Source: a bacterium
Lineage (GTDB): Bacteria; Patescibacteriota; Minisyncoccia; Sungbacterales; HO2-52-23
Length of the DNA stretch: 50,241 bases
Direction of reading: 5' to 3'
Assembly (NCBI GenBank): GCA_030697705.1
Contig: JAUYPE010000018.1
Location: 1 to 50,241, forward strand
Shown here: piece after piece, positions 1-9,452 of the stretch
Layout of the letters: every line of letters begins with the position of its first letter
How positions within the stretch are numbered: the first letter of the stretch is position 1
The notes under the pieces: generated by a model
Databases searched by the model: none
What the model saw: only the letters and a program-made list of their open reading frames with translations
Told to the model about the DNA's origin: nothing
Translations under genes and position numbers: made by a program

Positions 1-969
1 CCGGCATACCGGATTTTTAATCTTGACGCGCTCACCTACGCGGGAAATCCCGATAATCTTGTAGATATAGAAGCGGCGGAGGCGTCTCTTCCTGCACAAG
101 ACCGGCGGTATTTTTTTGTCCATGGCGATGTGTGCGACGGCGTCCGGCTTGATGAGCTATTTTCAAAAAATCAATTTGAGCTGGTTATGCACTTCGCCGC
201 CGAAACACATGTGGATCGTTCGCTCATGAACGCGGCGCACTTTATCCGCACAAACATTGAGGGGACGCGCACCCTTATGGAGGCGGTACAGAAAAACAAG
301 ACGCCCCGCTTTGTTCATATCTCCACAGACGAAGTATACGGTTCTCTCGCCGACGGGTGGGCGAATGAAGAGGCGCCGTTCCGTCCTTCCAACCCTTACG
401 CGACCTCCAAGGCGGCAGCGGATTTGTTCGTGCAGTCCTATCGGAAGGCATACGGGATTCCAGCATTGATCGTCCGCGGATCAAATAATTACGGTCCGTA
501 CCAATACCCGGAAAAATTGATTCCCATGGCGGTGACGAATCTCATGGAAGGAAAAAAAATTCCCCTTCATGGTACGGGCGAACATGTGCGGAGCTGGCTG
601 CATGTCAATGATTTTAGCGCCGCCATAGACACCATAGCGCATCACGGTGCCGATGGCGCGGTTTATAATGTTGCGGGCGAGGAGCGGTCAAATCTGGAAA
701 TACTTCGGCTTATCGGCGGGCACATGGAGAAAAATACGGATGAGCATCGGGTGCATGTCGCGGACCGGCCGGGAGCGGATTTGCGCTATGCGCCGACTGC
801 GGTAAAATTGGAATGCGAGCTCGGGTGGCGGCGCACGCATACGATGGATGAGCATCTCGGCGGCGTGGTGGCGTGGTATCGCGATAACCGGCCATGGTGG
901 GAGAAGATCAAAGGTACGAGCGAGTTTCAGGAGTCCTACCAAAAGCAAGCAGCGGCACAGTGGTATTGA
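1..969 (+). CDS. rfbB: dTDP-glucose 4,6-dehydratase (5'-truncated by window edge)
   Basis: Frame 1 is open from base 1 (NLDALTYAGN), followed by HFAAETHVDRS, HISTDEVYG, YxxxK (PYATSKA), NNYGPYQYPEKLIP and DRPGxDxRY; all are RfbB motifs. Confidence 0.95.
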   Translation, partial: PAYRIFNLDALTYAGNPDNLVDIEAAEASLPAQDRRYFFVHGDVCDGVRLDELFSKNQFELVMHFAAETHVDRSLMNAAHFIRTNIEGTRTLMEAVQKNKTPRFVHISTDEVYGSLADGWANEEAPFRPSNPYATSKAAADLFVQSYRKAYGIPALIVRGSNNYGPYQYPEKLIPMAVTNLMEGKKIPLHGTGEHVRSWLHVNDFSAAIDTIAHHGADGAVYNVAGEERSNLEILRLIGGHMEKNTDEHRVHVADRPGADLRYAPTAVKLECELGWRRTHTMDEHLGGVVAWYRDNRPWWEKIKGTSEFQESYQKQAAAQWY

Positions 970-1008
970 GCGGGATGTTTGCATTACTTACTAATTTTTT
1001 TCTTCATC

Positions 1009-1950
1009 ATGATGAGGATTCCCTCCATCGACTACCGTGCACATCCGGCGTACCGTTATGCACCTACGATTCGCGGTCGCTACGAGGCAATGCGCATATT
1101 TCTGCCGATGTTTTTTGGGGCGCTCCGGCAGCGTATGCGCGTGCGGCCAAACATTTGTACCGATGGGTGTGAATTGGGGCGGAATGGAGTTGTTGCCTAC
1201 CGCATAGCTCCCGAAACCATAGCTACGCTACGCGGATATGCGGAGCCCTATATCAGCCAAATCCTCAAAAACAAGGATGAAAAAGGAGTAAGTATTTTTA
1301 AAGAGAAGGTTGTGCAGGTTCCAGCGCGCAAGTCCCCGGAGTTTTTTCAGGCAGTTGCCGGTTTGCTGGACGGGCTCGGTATCATCCGCCGCGCGGAGCA
1401 CTATCGCGGTTATCCATTGCGTCTGACAAACCTCGCTGTGCAGGTGGGAGATCCAGAGGATTCTGACTGGCGCAATCATTTTAAGGATGTCGGTGTCGCC
1501 GACCCGCCAACGGCTTACTATCATATTGATGGGAGTCTTGGCCATATGAAGGCGCTCATCTATTTGACCGAGGTTGGCGAGGAGAATGGGCCGTTTTGTT
1601 ATGTGCCGGGGAGTAACACCGTGCTTGGCGTGTGGGAGCATGCAATTCGCTATGCCAATGATAAGGCGAAGACGGACAGTTGTGACCCCGAGCGCCGCAA
1701 AATTTTTGCCGCACTGCCGCGCGCGTTCCAAAAAAAATCGGAATTCGGCAACGATATGCGAGAGGGGTTTAATGCTCTGCTCAAGAATGAGTATAAGATT
1801 CTTTCCGCGCGGGACGGCAATCTCTTTTTATTTGACAACAACATCTTGCACCGCGGCGGGATGGTCGCTCAAGGTCGGCGCATTATTCTCCAGATAAATT
1901 TCCGGCCGCTCAACGACGGCTATCGCAAGGGTTCCGATTTTCAAATGTAA
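1009..1950 (+). CDS. Fe(II)/2-oxoglutarate dioxygenase, PhyH-like (paralog 1, most divergent)
   Basis: YYHID...KALIYLTEV...NGPFCYVPGS...FDNNILHRGG...RIILQ give an HxD...H triad plus distal Arg; first in-frame ATG at 1009. Confidence 0.75.
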   Translation: MMRIPSIDYRAHPAYRYAPTIRGRYEAMRIFLPMFFGALRQRMRVRPNICTDGCELGRNGVVAYRIAPETIATLRGYAEPYISQILKNKDEKGVSIFKEKVVQVPARKSPEFFQAVAGLLDGLGIIRRAEHYRGYPLRLTNLAVQVGDPEDSDWRNHFKDVGVADPPTAYYHIDGSLGHMKALIYLTEVGEENGPFCYVPGSNTVLGVWEHAIRYANDKAKTDSCDPERRKIFAALPRAFQKKSEFGNDMREGFNALLKNEYKILSARDGNLFLFDNNILHRGGMVAQGRRIILQINFRPLNDGYRKGSDFQM

Positions 1951-1952
1951 TT

Positions 1953-2104
1953 ACTTATAGGACTTACGCACTCTATCGTTTTTTGCTGTCATTCCCCTGA
2001 AAAGGGGAATCCAGATGATGCGGTATGGCTCTGGATTCCCGCTTTTGCGGGAATGACAAGAGAAGAAACATGAGAATATGCTGAAGTGCGTAAGTCCTAA
2101 CTTA
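1953..2104. mobile_element. MITE-like element: 15-bp terminal inverted repeats, 5-bp flanking direct repeat, internal pair of ATTCCC-N-GGGAAT palindromes
   Basis: TAGGACTTACGCACT (1958-1972) and AGTGCGTAAGTCCTA (2085-2099) are a perfect inverted repeat; ACTTA at 1953-1957 and 2100-2104; inner inverted arms at 1987-2015 and 2030-2058. Confidence 0.8.
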
Positions 2105-2168
2105 ATTACTATTCCTCACCGGTGCGGATAGAGTATTATGTTGTGGGGGTACTCGATGCTGTTTGGTT

Positions 2169-3980
2169 ATGACACGACTGATCCGATATCATGCGGCGGC
2201 TCTTCTGCTCTGTCTGCTTGTGGGTGCCGTTTACGCAAGTCATCATTTTTTTATCCCGCGCTTTTTGGACGGATCGCGGGAGGTTTATGAGCCGCTGACG
2301 CGCACGGCGTATTTTGATGAGGCGGTTTTTTACGGGCCGCGGGCAAACGCCGCCTATCAAGGACCACTCGCGGTGGGGGATACCGGTGTGGCGGAGTATC
2401 GTACCGTGCCGACACCGTTCTCACTGGTGAATCCGGCACTGCTTGGCGTGCTTGGGCGTCTGCTCGGTTCAGTACGCCGTGCGTTTATCGCTTCTGATTT
2501 TATATTCCCTGCGGCAATTTTTTTGCTGGTTTATTTAATTTTCTGCAAATTGGCGGTGTCGCGAAGTGTTGCTCTGACAGGAAGCGCGATTTTTTTGTTC
2601 GTGCCGAAAATCGGCGTGTCGCTCCCGCCGCTTTCGCTTGCACATCTTGGAGAAATAAGCCATACGCTCTTTCCGTTTCTTCTACGCACCGATGTCCTTC
2701 CGTTTACGCAATTTGAGGAGCCAAAAATAACTTTTTTATTTTTTACGCTTGCCTTTTATTGTGTTTATCGCGCACTCAACCGCGAGGAGCCGCTCATGAT
2801 TGTCGCGGCGGGCGTAACTTTCGGTTTATTATTTTATACATATCTCTACGATTGGGCATTGTTTCTAGTGGCGCTGTCCCTGCTTGCCGTGTGGTTTATC
2901 GCGCGTAAAGAATATTCCCGCGCAAAAAAAATAGCCATCGTCATCGGTATCGGCCTGCTCGTTTCGGTGCCGTATTGGATTCATTTGGCGGAGGTGCGGC
3001 ACGCGGTACAGGCGCGTGACATCCTCGCGCGCGTGGGTGGGGAGTTTTCCCATCGTTTCCGATTTGCGACGGTTTGGAAGAGCTATCTCCGCACCGCCGT
3101 ACTGGCGGGACTTCTGTTTTCTACCCTGCGCAAAAAACATCTGCTCGCGGCGGCATTTATCTCTTCATTTCTCTTTGCTTATGTTGTCGCAGTAAACGCG
3201 CAGGTGGTGATAGGGTTTAATATACAACCCGACCATTGGTACCGGACGCAATTCTTCCCCATTACCGCCGCGCTTGTGATTCTTCTGTTTTTAGCTTGTC
3301 AACGATGGCGACACCGGGTGAGCGAATTGGTACGTGTTGGGGCGGCGGCGTGTTTTCTGGGATTTTTTCTTGTCACCGCGCTCATGGGGCAGTATGCCTA
3401 TAGTGTGGCGCGCGCCCGCGAGTACGCGCTTCCCCTTGCTCGTGCCAAAAGTTATGCGTGGCTGAATGAGTATACGCCACCGGGTTCCGTCGTGGGTTCA
3501 ATTTCGTTTGAGACGACAAACGATGTGGAACTCCTGACCCATAATCGCGTCTACTTGCCGATGTTCAATACAGCCGTCCCGTCAAAGGAGGTGTGGGAAC
3601 GGTTTTTATTTCTTGCAAAAATTTACCGTGTGCCGCCCGAACGGCTTGCCGATACTATCCGCAACGGTCCGACAGCATTCTTTCTTTTTATGGAAGAATA
3701 CGGAAGCCGCGGATTTGATAGCGCGTTTGGGAAGTATGAGCGCAAGGTTCCCGAAAGTATCGCGGCGGAAGAAATTCGTGTCTATAAAGAAATGGCTCGC
3801 CATCCGCTTACACTGCCGCCACCGCATCAATTGGATTATCTTTATGTGAGCGATCGCGAGCGCGTGATTGGCGAAGATCCTGCTGGTGTGTTTCCTCATC
3901 TCAAAAAAATATACGATCGCGGTGGGATCATCATCTATGAAATCATTCCACCCATTGCGGCGGGGGCGGAAAAGCTCTAG
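2169..3980 (+). CDS. Polytopic membrane protein, possibly a GT-C-type glycosyltransferase
   Basis: About 600 aa with more than 10 hydrophobic segments, an acidic FDE motif in the first loop and a soluble C-terminal domain (WLNEYTPPGSVV...LDYLYV...IYEI); glycan-locus context. Confidence 0.55.
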   Translation: MTRLIRYHAAALLLCLLVGAVYASHHFFIPRFLDGSREVYEPLTRTAYFDEAVFYGPRANAAYQGPLAVGDTGVAEYRTVPTPFSLVNPALLGVLGRLLGSVRRAFIASDFIFPAAIFLLVYLIFCKLAVSRSVALTGSAIFLFVPKIGVSLPPLSLAHLGEISHTLFPFLLRTDVLPFTQFEEPKITFLFFTLAFYCVYRALNREEPLMIVAAGVTFGLLFYTYLYDWALFLVALSLLAVWFIARKEYSRAKKIAIVIGIGLLVSVPYWIHLAEVRHAVQARDILARVGGEFSHRFRFATVWKSYLRTAVLAGLLFSTLRKKHLLAAAFISSFLFAYVVAVNAQVVIGFNIQPDHWYRTQFFPITAALVILLFLACQRWRHRVSELVRVGAAACFLGFFLVTALMGQYAYSVARAREYALPLARAKSYAWLNEYTPPGSVVGSISFETTNDVELLTHNRVYLPMFNTAVPSKEVWERFLFLAKIYRVPPERLADTIRNGPTAFFLFMEEYGSRGFDSAFGKYERKVPESIAAEEIRVYKEMARHPLTLPPPHQLDYLYVSDRERVIGEDPAGVFPHLKKIYDRGGIIIYEIIPPIAAGAEKL

Positions 3981-3994
3981 TATTGCCCTATCCT

Positions 3995-4387
3995 ATGCGT
4001 ATTATCCGCAATAAAAAATCGTTGTTTGTGGATGCGCGGGGGGCGATTACGAATCTCTTGGACGAGGGTGTCGTTATCAAGAGTATCTTGCTGACCTCAT
4101 CGGTCTCCGGTGCGATTCGAGCAAATCATTACCACAAGAAAGATGCCCATTATGTCTATCTTGTCTCCGGAAAAATGGAGTGGCGTGAACGGTCGGCTGG
4201 GGATATGGGTGAGGGGGTCACTGAAATCTTACAGCCGGGCGATATGGTGTTCACGCCGCCGATGACCGAGCATGCGTCGTGCGCGCTTGCACCCTCGGTC
4301 TTTCTCGCGTTTGCCACCGAGCCGCGGAGTCGTGAGGAGTACGAAGCGGATACCGTGCGCGTATCGCTTATTGAAGAAAAAGCATAA
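3995..4387 (+). CDS. Cupin-domain protein (sugar isomerase/epimerase-like)
   Basis: DARG, GAIRANHYHKK, YLVSG and PGDMVFTPPMTEHA cupin motifs. Confidence 0.75.
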   Translation: MRIIRNKKSLFVDARGAITNLLDEGVVIKSILLTSSVSGAIRANHYHKKDAHYVYLVSGKMEWRERSAGDMGEGVTEILQPGDMVFTPPMTEHASCALAPSVFLAFATEPRSREEYEADTVRVSLIEEKA

Positions 4388-4388
4388 A

Positions 4389-4547
4389 AGACCTACTGCA
4401 CAATAACCTTTCTGCTACGATGATGATTTTTCGGCTGCAAACAACTCATCGTTCGTCAATGAATACCACGTATTCACCTCCTCACGCTTCGTTGTTTTCG
4501 CACGAAAAATCATCATCTCGCTACGAAAATTATTGTGCAGTAGGTCT
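4389..4547. repeat. 159-bp palindromic intergenic element (ERIC/RPE-like), copy 1
   Basis: Perfect 18-bp terminal inverted repeat AGACCTACTGCACAATAA; inner 15-bp inverted repeat 4419-4433/4503-4517; central TGAATAC-cac-GTATTCA hairpin; second copy at 49255. Confidence 0.9.
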
Positions 4548-4565
4548 AACGAATTTTTCTTGACC

Positions 4566-5558
4566 ATGATGCGCCGTCTGCTTGCCCATGTCTATCATCT
4601 GGGAGTCGTGCATCCCTACTGCACGGTGCGGGCGTGTTTTCCCGTGTGGTATGGGGTGGCGAATAAAGAGGGAAGGATGCTCTTTGAAAAAAATAAGCCG
4701 AAACTCAATCCCGTGCAGGAGCGCATCGTTGCGGATCTCAATCACAGCGGCATCGCCGTCTCGTCGCTGGAAGATCTCTTTCCGGGAGATTCACCGTTGG
4801 TGATATTGCAGGAAGCGGCACGCCGTTATGAGCGCGACGGGGTAGTCAAAAGCGGCAAACAATTCTTGCAGTTTTTCTGGGATCTGAAGCCGACGCTTGA
4901 TCTTGAAAATCCCTTTATCAAAATGTCGCTTGACGCACGTGTTCTTGATACCGTTAACTCCTATCTTCATATGTGGGCGAAGTTTTATTTTTTTTCGCTC
5001 AACCGGACGGTGCCGATTGCCGCGGGTGCCAAGCCACAGCAATCCCAGCGCTGGCATCGCGATCCGGAAGATAAAAAACTGTGTAAAATATTTTTGTATT
5101 TGAATGATGTGGACGCGACAGCGGGGCCGTTTATGTATGTGAAAGGATCGCATTACGGCGGACGATGGCGGCATCTTTTCAGGCAACGGCCGCCGCACGG
5201 AAGCCGCGCGCCCTACGGCGAGGTGGAGCGGCGCGTTCCATCCGGTGATATTCTTGCGGCTACGGGTCGTGCGGGGACACTTATTTTTTGCGATACCAGC
5301 GGACTTCACAAGGGCGGGTATGCCACTGCCAATGAGCGTATCATGTATACCGGCGTGTTTGCCTCCGCGGCGTCGTACAAGTACACCGCCAATCCCGCGA
5401 TTGTCTATCCGGACGGCGATAAACAAAAAAACACCCGCGTTGATTTAAGCCCCGCGGCACGGTATGCGCTGGTGCCGTCCCGACAGAGTATGGTTCAGAA
5501 AATAGAAAAGCGCATCAAGGCGGGCGGAAAAGACGAGATGATGCCCGCCGAGGGATAA
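4566..5558 (+). CDS. Fe(II)/2-oxoglutarate dioxygenase, PhyH-like (paralog 2)
   Basis: SQRWHRDPED, KIFLYLNDVD, GPFMYVKGS, DTSGLHKGG, ERIM; the upstream TTG lies inside the repeat, so ATG 4566 is preferred. Confidence 0.8.
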   Translation: MMRRLLAHVYHLGVVHPYCTVRACFPVWYGVANKEGRMLFEKNKPKLNPVQERIVADLNHSGIAVSSLEDLFPGDSPLVILQEAARRYERDGVVKSGKQFLQFFWDLKPTLDLENPFIKMSLDARVLDTVNSYLHMWAKFYFFSLNRTVPIAAGAKPQQSQRWHRDPEDKKLCKIFLYLNDVDATAGPFMYVKGSHYGGRWRHLFRQRPPHGSRAPYGEVERRVPSGDILAATGRAGTLIFCDTSGLHKGGYATANERIMYTGVFASAASYKYTANPAIVYPDGDKQKNTRVDLSPAARYALVPSRQSMVQKIEKRIKAGGKDEMMPAEG

Positions 5559-5568
5559 TATTTTTTCT

Positions 5569-6558
5569 ATGATTCTTCGCTTCGGACTTATCGGTCTCGG
5601 CTATTTCGGTAAAAATTATCTTCGCCTTCTCCAACAGATGGAGGGAGTTGAGCTTGTCGCCGTCGCCAATCACGAACCAGAGGCGTTTGTCGCGCATGCC
5701 GCTCTTCTGCCGCCTGCTATCAAACGGTACCAAGATGCCGCAGAACTTATCGCCGATCCGGCAATTGATGCGATTGTTATTGCCACACCCGCATCAACGC
5801 ATGTGGCGCTTGCGCAACAGGCATTGGAAGCTGGCAAACATGCGCTCATTGAAAAACCGATGGTGCGTTCATCCGTTGAGGCGGAAGAACTGGCGCGTGC
5901 GGTGAAAGAGTCGGGCAAAATTCTTATGGTCGGACATCAATATATCTATCACGACTCCATTCGCCATTTAAAAAAAGAGCTAGAATCGGGACGGCTTGGC
6001 CGCGTGGCTTTCGTCTTTGCCGAGCATTTTTATTTCGGTCCCGTCCGGAATGATATCCCTCTCTTATGGGAGACGGCGACGCATGAACTCGCCTTACTGG
6101 ACTATGTTTTTGGATCGCGTGAGATAACAAGCGTAAGCGGCAAAAAGATCTCGGTTGTCGGTGGCGGACAGGATGACTTTATCCATACCGCGATTTCATT
6201 TGCCGACGAGATGGTTTTGAATGTGTCCGTCTCGTGGTTTATGCCACAAAAAATTCGGCGCATGGCGTTTATTGGAACGAAAGGGATCGCTCTTTTTGAT
6301 GACCAGCTTGCCAAACAAAAACTTAAATTCATCATGCAGAAGTACCCCGCGACATGTGAGGGAGATACCGCTTCAACGTGGTTTGGCGCGGCGGAGGAAA
6401 AAATAATTATCCCAGATGTCGCCGCTCACGAGCCACTCCGGAATGAAGTTGAGCATTTCATCTCGTGCATCCGCTCCGGTGCCGAGCCCCTCACCGGCAT
6501 CGCACACGGCATGCGCATTACGCACCTTCTAGAGGAGATTGATAGCCGTCTTGGATAG
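5569..6558 (+). CDS. Gfo/Idh/MocA-family oxidoreductase
   Basis: GLIGLGYFG, IATPASTH, GKHALIEKP, LMVGH, EPLRNEVEHF. Confidence 0.9.
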   Translation: MILRFGLIGLGYFGKNYLRLLQQMEGVELVAVANHEPEAFVAHAALLPPAIKRYQDAAELIADPAIDAIVIATPASTHVALAQQALEAGKHALIEKPMVRSSVEAEELARAVKESGKILMVGHQYIYHDSIRHLKKELESGRLGRVAFVFAEHFYFGPVRNDIPLLWETATHELALLDYVFGSREITSVSGKKISVVGGGQDDFIHTAISFADEMVLNVSVSWFMPQKIRRMAFIGTKGIALFDDQLAKQKLKFIMQKYPATCEGDTASTWFGAAEEKIIIPDVAAHEPLRNEVEHFISCIRSGAEPLTGIAHGMRITHLLEEIDSRLG

Positions 6559-6603
6559 TGAGTGAGACCATGATAAACTTTCCCCTGTTGTGTCTGTTAC
6601 GAT

Positions 6604-6633
6604 TTGGCGCGTTATCTCGTTCTATGCTATACT
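6604..6633 (+). promoter_or_regulatory. sigma70-type promoter, near-leaderless
   Basis: TTGGCG-18 nt-TATACT with TG extension; ATG follows at 6643. Confidence 0.5.
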
Positions 6634-6642
6634 GGCAATGCT

Positions 6643-7194
6643 ATGGAACCCATTAAAAAATCAAAAAACATCTCGCTCATCGTTGGTCTGGCAATTCCCG
6701 TCCTCATGATCGTGGCGGTTGCGGGGAGTATCTATATCCCGCAGTTTTTTGCGCCCAAACCGCAGTATGACTTTTTGTATACAAATGACTATTATGGGGG
6801 ACCTTATGGTGCCCAGCTCTATGAGGTGCGGAATGGAAGGGTTGTCAAAAATCCTCCGGTACTACCATTACAGGATTCTAGTGCGCCACCTTATGTCGCC
6901 AAGCCCGTTCCGGCTCCCGAGCCGCAGTTGTTTCGCTATGATGTAAAGAACGATATGAGCAAGGAAGTAGCGTTTGAAGAGGCGCAGAACTTTTCGCTCA
7001 CTACCGATCAAAAATCACCGGATGGTTTTGAGTTTCGCGATGGCTCGCGCGACGGCGACTTTTTTCCCTTTGGCAGAGGGTATGATTATAATGTGAAATA
7101 TCTCATTGGACACGGCATAAGCCGAAAGCTCAATATCTCCGTCAATCAATATCAGTATAATCCCGTTCGCTTTCTTGGGTGGATTAAGAACTAA
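6643..7194 (+). CDS. Hypothetical protein with N-terminal membrane anchor
   Basis: One TM segment (ISLIVGLAIPVLMIVAVAGSIYI) then a soluble domain ending FLGWI. Confidence 0.7.
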   Translation: MEPIKKSKNISLIVGLAIPVLMIVAVAGSIYIPQFFAPKPQYDFLYTNDYYGGPYGAQLYEVRNGRVVKNPPVLPLQDSSAPPYVAKPVPAPEPQLFRYDVKNDMSKEVAFEEAQNFSLTTDQKSPDGFEFRDGSRDGDFFPFGRGYDYNVKYLIGHGISRKLNISVNQYQYNPVRFLGWIKN

Positions 7195-7209
7195 GGCCCA
7201 CTCATAACA

Positions 7210-8241
7210 ATGGAAAAACAAGAACTCTTGCAGGAAATTCGTGCCGCCGCGGCGGATAAAAAAATATTACGCGACGAGATGATCGCGGCGTATGACGCGG
7301 GTGTGGGAGTGCCGACGGCACACCCTTCACTGCTCAAGCGGATGAACATTGCCGATGTTTTGTATTTCATCGGCGGGGCGATCGTATTTATCGGTATTGC
7401 TATACTCGTCGGTCAGCATTGGGACGAACTTGACATGCCAACGCGTATTCTCGCAACGCTGGGTTCGGGCATAGCGGCGTATATCGTTGGTGTGCTTCTC
7501 TCGCGCGACGAGCGGTTTGGTGTGGTGGGGACGGCGTTTTTCTTTCTTTCCGCATTGATCATGCCTGTCGGGCTTTCTGTGGTATTTGATGCGGCGGGCC
7601 TTGAAGTAGGGAGTGCGGGTATGCAGAGTGTTATTGCCGGTATCCTCCTCGTTGCATATCTTGCTTCATTTTTTGTTTTTCCCAGGACGCTTTTTATTGT
7701 TTTCAGCATCCTTTTCGGCACATGGCTTTTTTTCAGTTTTACAAGCTTTCTCATTCTCAATAATCCTCATCTTGCCACGGCTGAATTTTTTGAGTATCGG
7801 GTGCTCGCCGTCGGGCTCGCCTATGTGTTTCTAGGATATGCGCTGCGTGAAGCGGTTGCGACGACCGGTGAATCTCATGAAGAATACAGTGCGCTGGCGA
7901 GCTGGTTGTATGCGGGGGGTGTTGCGCTTTTTTTGGGTGCGGCGTTGGCGCTGGGCGGATGGTCGCCGAATCAGAATGCTTTTTGGGAAGTTATCTTTCC
8001 CGGATTGGTATTTGGCGTTATCTTTTTGAGCATCTATCTGCACGCCCGCTCGTTTCTCGCATTCGGTTCCGTGTACTTAATGGCGTATATTTTAAAAATT
8101 ACGGCCGAGTATTTCAGTGATACGCTCGGCTGGCCGCTCGCGCTTGTTCTCGCGGGATTGTGCCTTATCGCGATCGGTTACGGAGCGTTCCGTTTGAATC
8201 AAAACTATCTTGTGAAAGGGGTGGGGGAGGTACGTCCATAA
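7210..8241 (+). CDS. DUF2157-like multi-pass membrane protein
   Basis: N-terminal helical domain, LYFIGGAIVFIGIAILVGQHW, then about 9 TM segments. Confidence 0.65.
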   Translation: MEKQELLQEIRAAAADKKILRDEMIAAYDAGVGVPTAHPSLLKRMNIADVLYFIGGAIVFIGIAILVGQHWDELDMPTRILATLGSGIAAYIVGVLLSRDERFGVVGTAFFFLSALIMPVGLSVVFDAAGLEVGSAGMQSVIAGILLVAYLASFFVFPRTLFIVFSILFGTWLFFSFTSFLILNNPHLATAEFFEYRVLAVGLAYVFLGYALREAVATTGESHEEYSALASWLYAGGVALFLGAALALGGWSPNQNAFWEVIFPGLVFGVIFLSIYLHARSFLAFGSVYLMAYILKITAEYFSDTLGWPLALVLAGLCLIAIGYGAFRLNQNYLVKGVGEVRP

Positions 8242-8251
8242 TCCTAATATT

Positions 8252-9022
8252 ATGTACGCGAAGCTCTCGATTATTATTCCCGCATACAACGAGGAAAAGC
8301 GTCTGCCCCTCACACTGGCGCGGCTTTTTGCTGTTATGGGTGAGCACTATAAAGGCCATTATGAGGTGATCATTGCGGATGACGGCAGTACCGACGAAAC
8401 CGCGCGAGAAGCGGAGAAGGAGGCCGCCCGGCACTCCGAGCTTCGCTTGGTATCGTTTGCAAAGAATCGGGGACGCGGTGCAGTGGTGCGCGACAGTGTG
8501 CTCAAAGAGGTGTCGGGGGATTTTATTTTGCAGATGGACGCGGACGGCAGTACGGAGATGGAAGCGATTCCGCGCTTTGTTTCGTATCTTACGGAACACG
8601 CGGAGGTTGATATACTCACCGGGAGCCGGACGATTGCGGGAGCAAAGATTCTTACGCCCCAGCCGTTTCTGCGTGTCGCGCTGGGGAATTGTTTTCTTGG
8701 TGCCGCAAAAATCATGTTCGGCTGGCCGATGGTTGATCGGATTAATGGATTCAAAATGTTCCGTCGCGCCGCCGCATTAGATAGTTATGCCCATCAATTC
8801 AGCGACCATTACATTGCGGAGGCGGAGATTGTTTTTGTCGCCGAGCGGCGCGGCTGGCGGGTGTGGGAACTGCCGATTCTGTGGACGGATTACCGCGACT
8901 CGCGCATAAAACCTCTTCGCGATTCATGGCGTTCGGCGGCGGGCATGGTGCGGATTCTTATCAATAATCGGCGGGGGCTTTATTCGCAGAATCTGCCCAA
9001 CCATCATGCACCGGCACATTAA
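8252..9022 (+). CDS. GT2 glycosyltransferase, polyprenyl-phosphate glucose/mannose synthase-like
   Basis: LSIIIPAYNEE, DDGSTDET, NRGRG, MDADG, GSR, GFKMF, ELPILW. Confidence 0.9.
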   Translation: MYAKLSIIIPAYNEEKRLPLTLARLFAVMGEHYKGHYEVIIADDGSTDETAREAEKEAARHSELRLVSFAKNRGRGAVVRDSVLKEVSGDFILQMDADGSTEMEAIPRFVSYLTEHAEVDILTGSRTIAGAKILTPQPFLRVALGNCFLGAAKIMFGWPMVDRINGFKMFRRAAALDSYAHQFSDHYIAEAEIVFVAERRGWRVWELPILWTDYRDSRIKPLRDSWRSAAGMVRILINNRRGLYSQNLPNHHAPAH

Positions 9023-9452
9023 TAGAAAAAAACAGTCACCTATTCTCTCTATTCCAAAAAGCGAAATTGATGCTGCGTTGGCGCAAAGCCCCGCCGAGGG
9101 CAAGCGGATGCTGGAGCCGATTCGCACGCTGACGACCGCGGCGGGCATGCCACTTAATATTCTTGAGGACTCGCATACGAATAATCTCGCCGAAGTTCAC
9201 AGAACGATAAGCGATCTGTGGTTGTGCTTGGAAGGGGAAGCGACTTTTATCCACGGCGGTGCATTAGTGGAGCCGCGGGTAAAAGAAAAAAACGGCGTAC
9301 GCAATGAAAACGAACTTCTCGCCGCATCAATTCATGGCGGTACCGAAACCATCATGCATCCGGGCGACTGGCTGTGGATTCCCGCGGGTACGCCCCATCA
9401 GCATCAAGCGATCGGTACCGCTCGTCTTGCTATTATAAAAATACCCGCATGA
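9006..9452 (+). CDS. Cupin-domain protein
   Basis: EVH...DLWLCLEGEA...PGDWLWIPAGTPHQ. Confidence 0.7.
   Translation: MHRHINRKKQSPILSIPKSEIDAALAQSPAEGKRMLEPIRTLTTAAGMPLNILEDSHTNNLAEVHRTISDLWLCLEGEATFIHGGALVEPRVKEKNGVRNENELLAASIHGGTETIMHPGDWLWIPAGTPHQHQAIGTARLAIIKIPA

Noticed and set aside
4791-5426. Long antisense ORFs (also 17032-17691, 38175-38777, 41049-41624)
   Set aside because: They are shadows of well-supported + strand genes and have no motifs of their own
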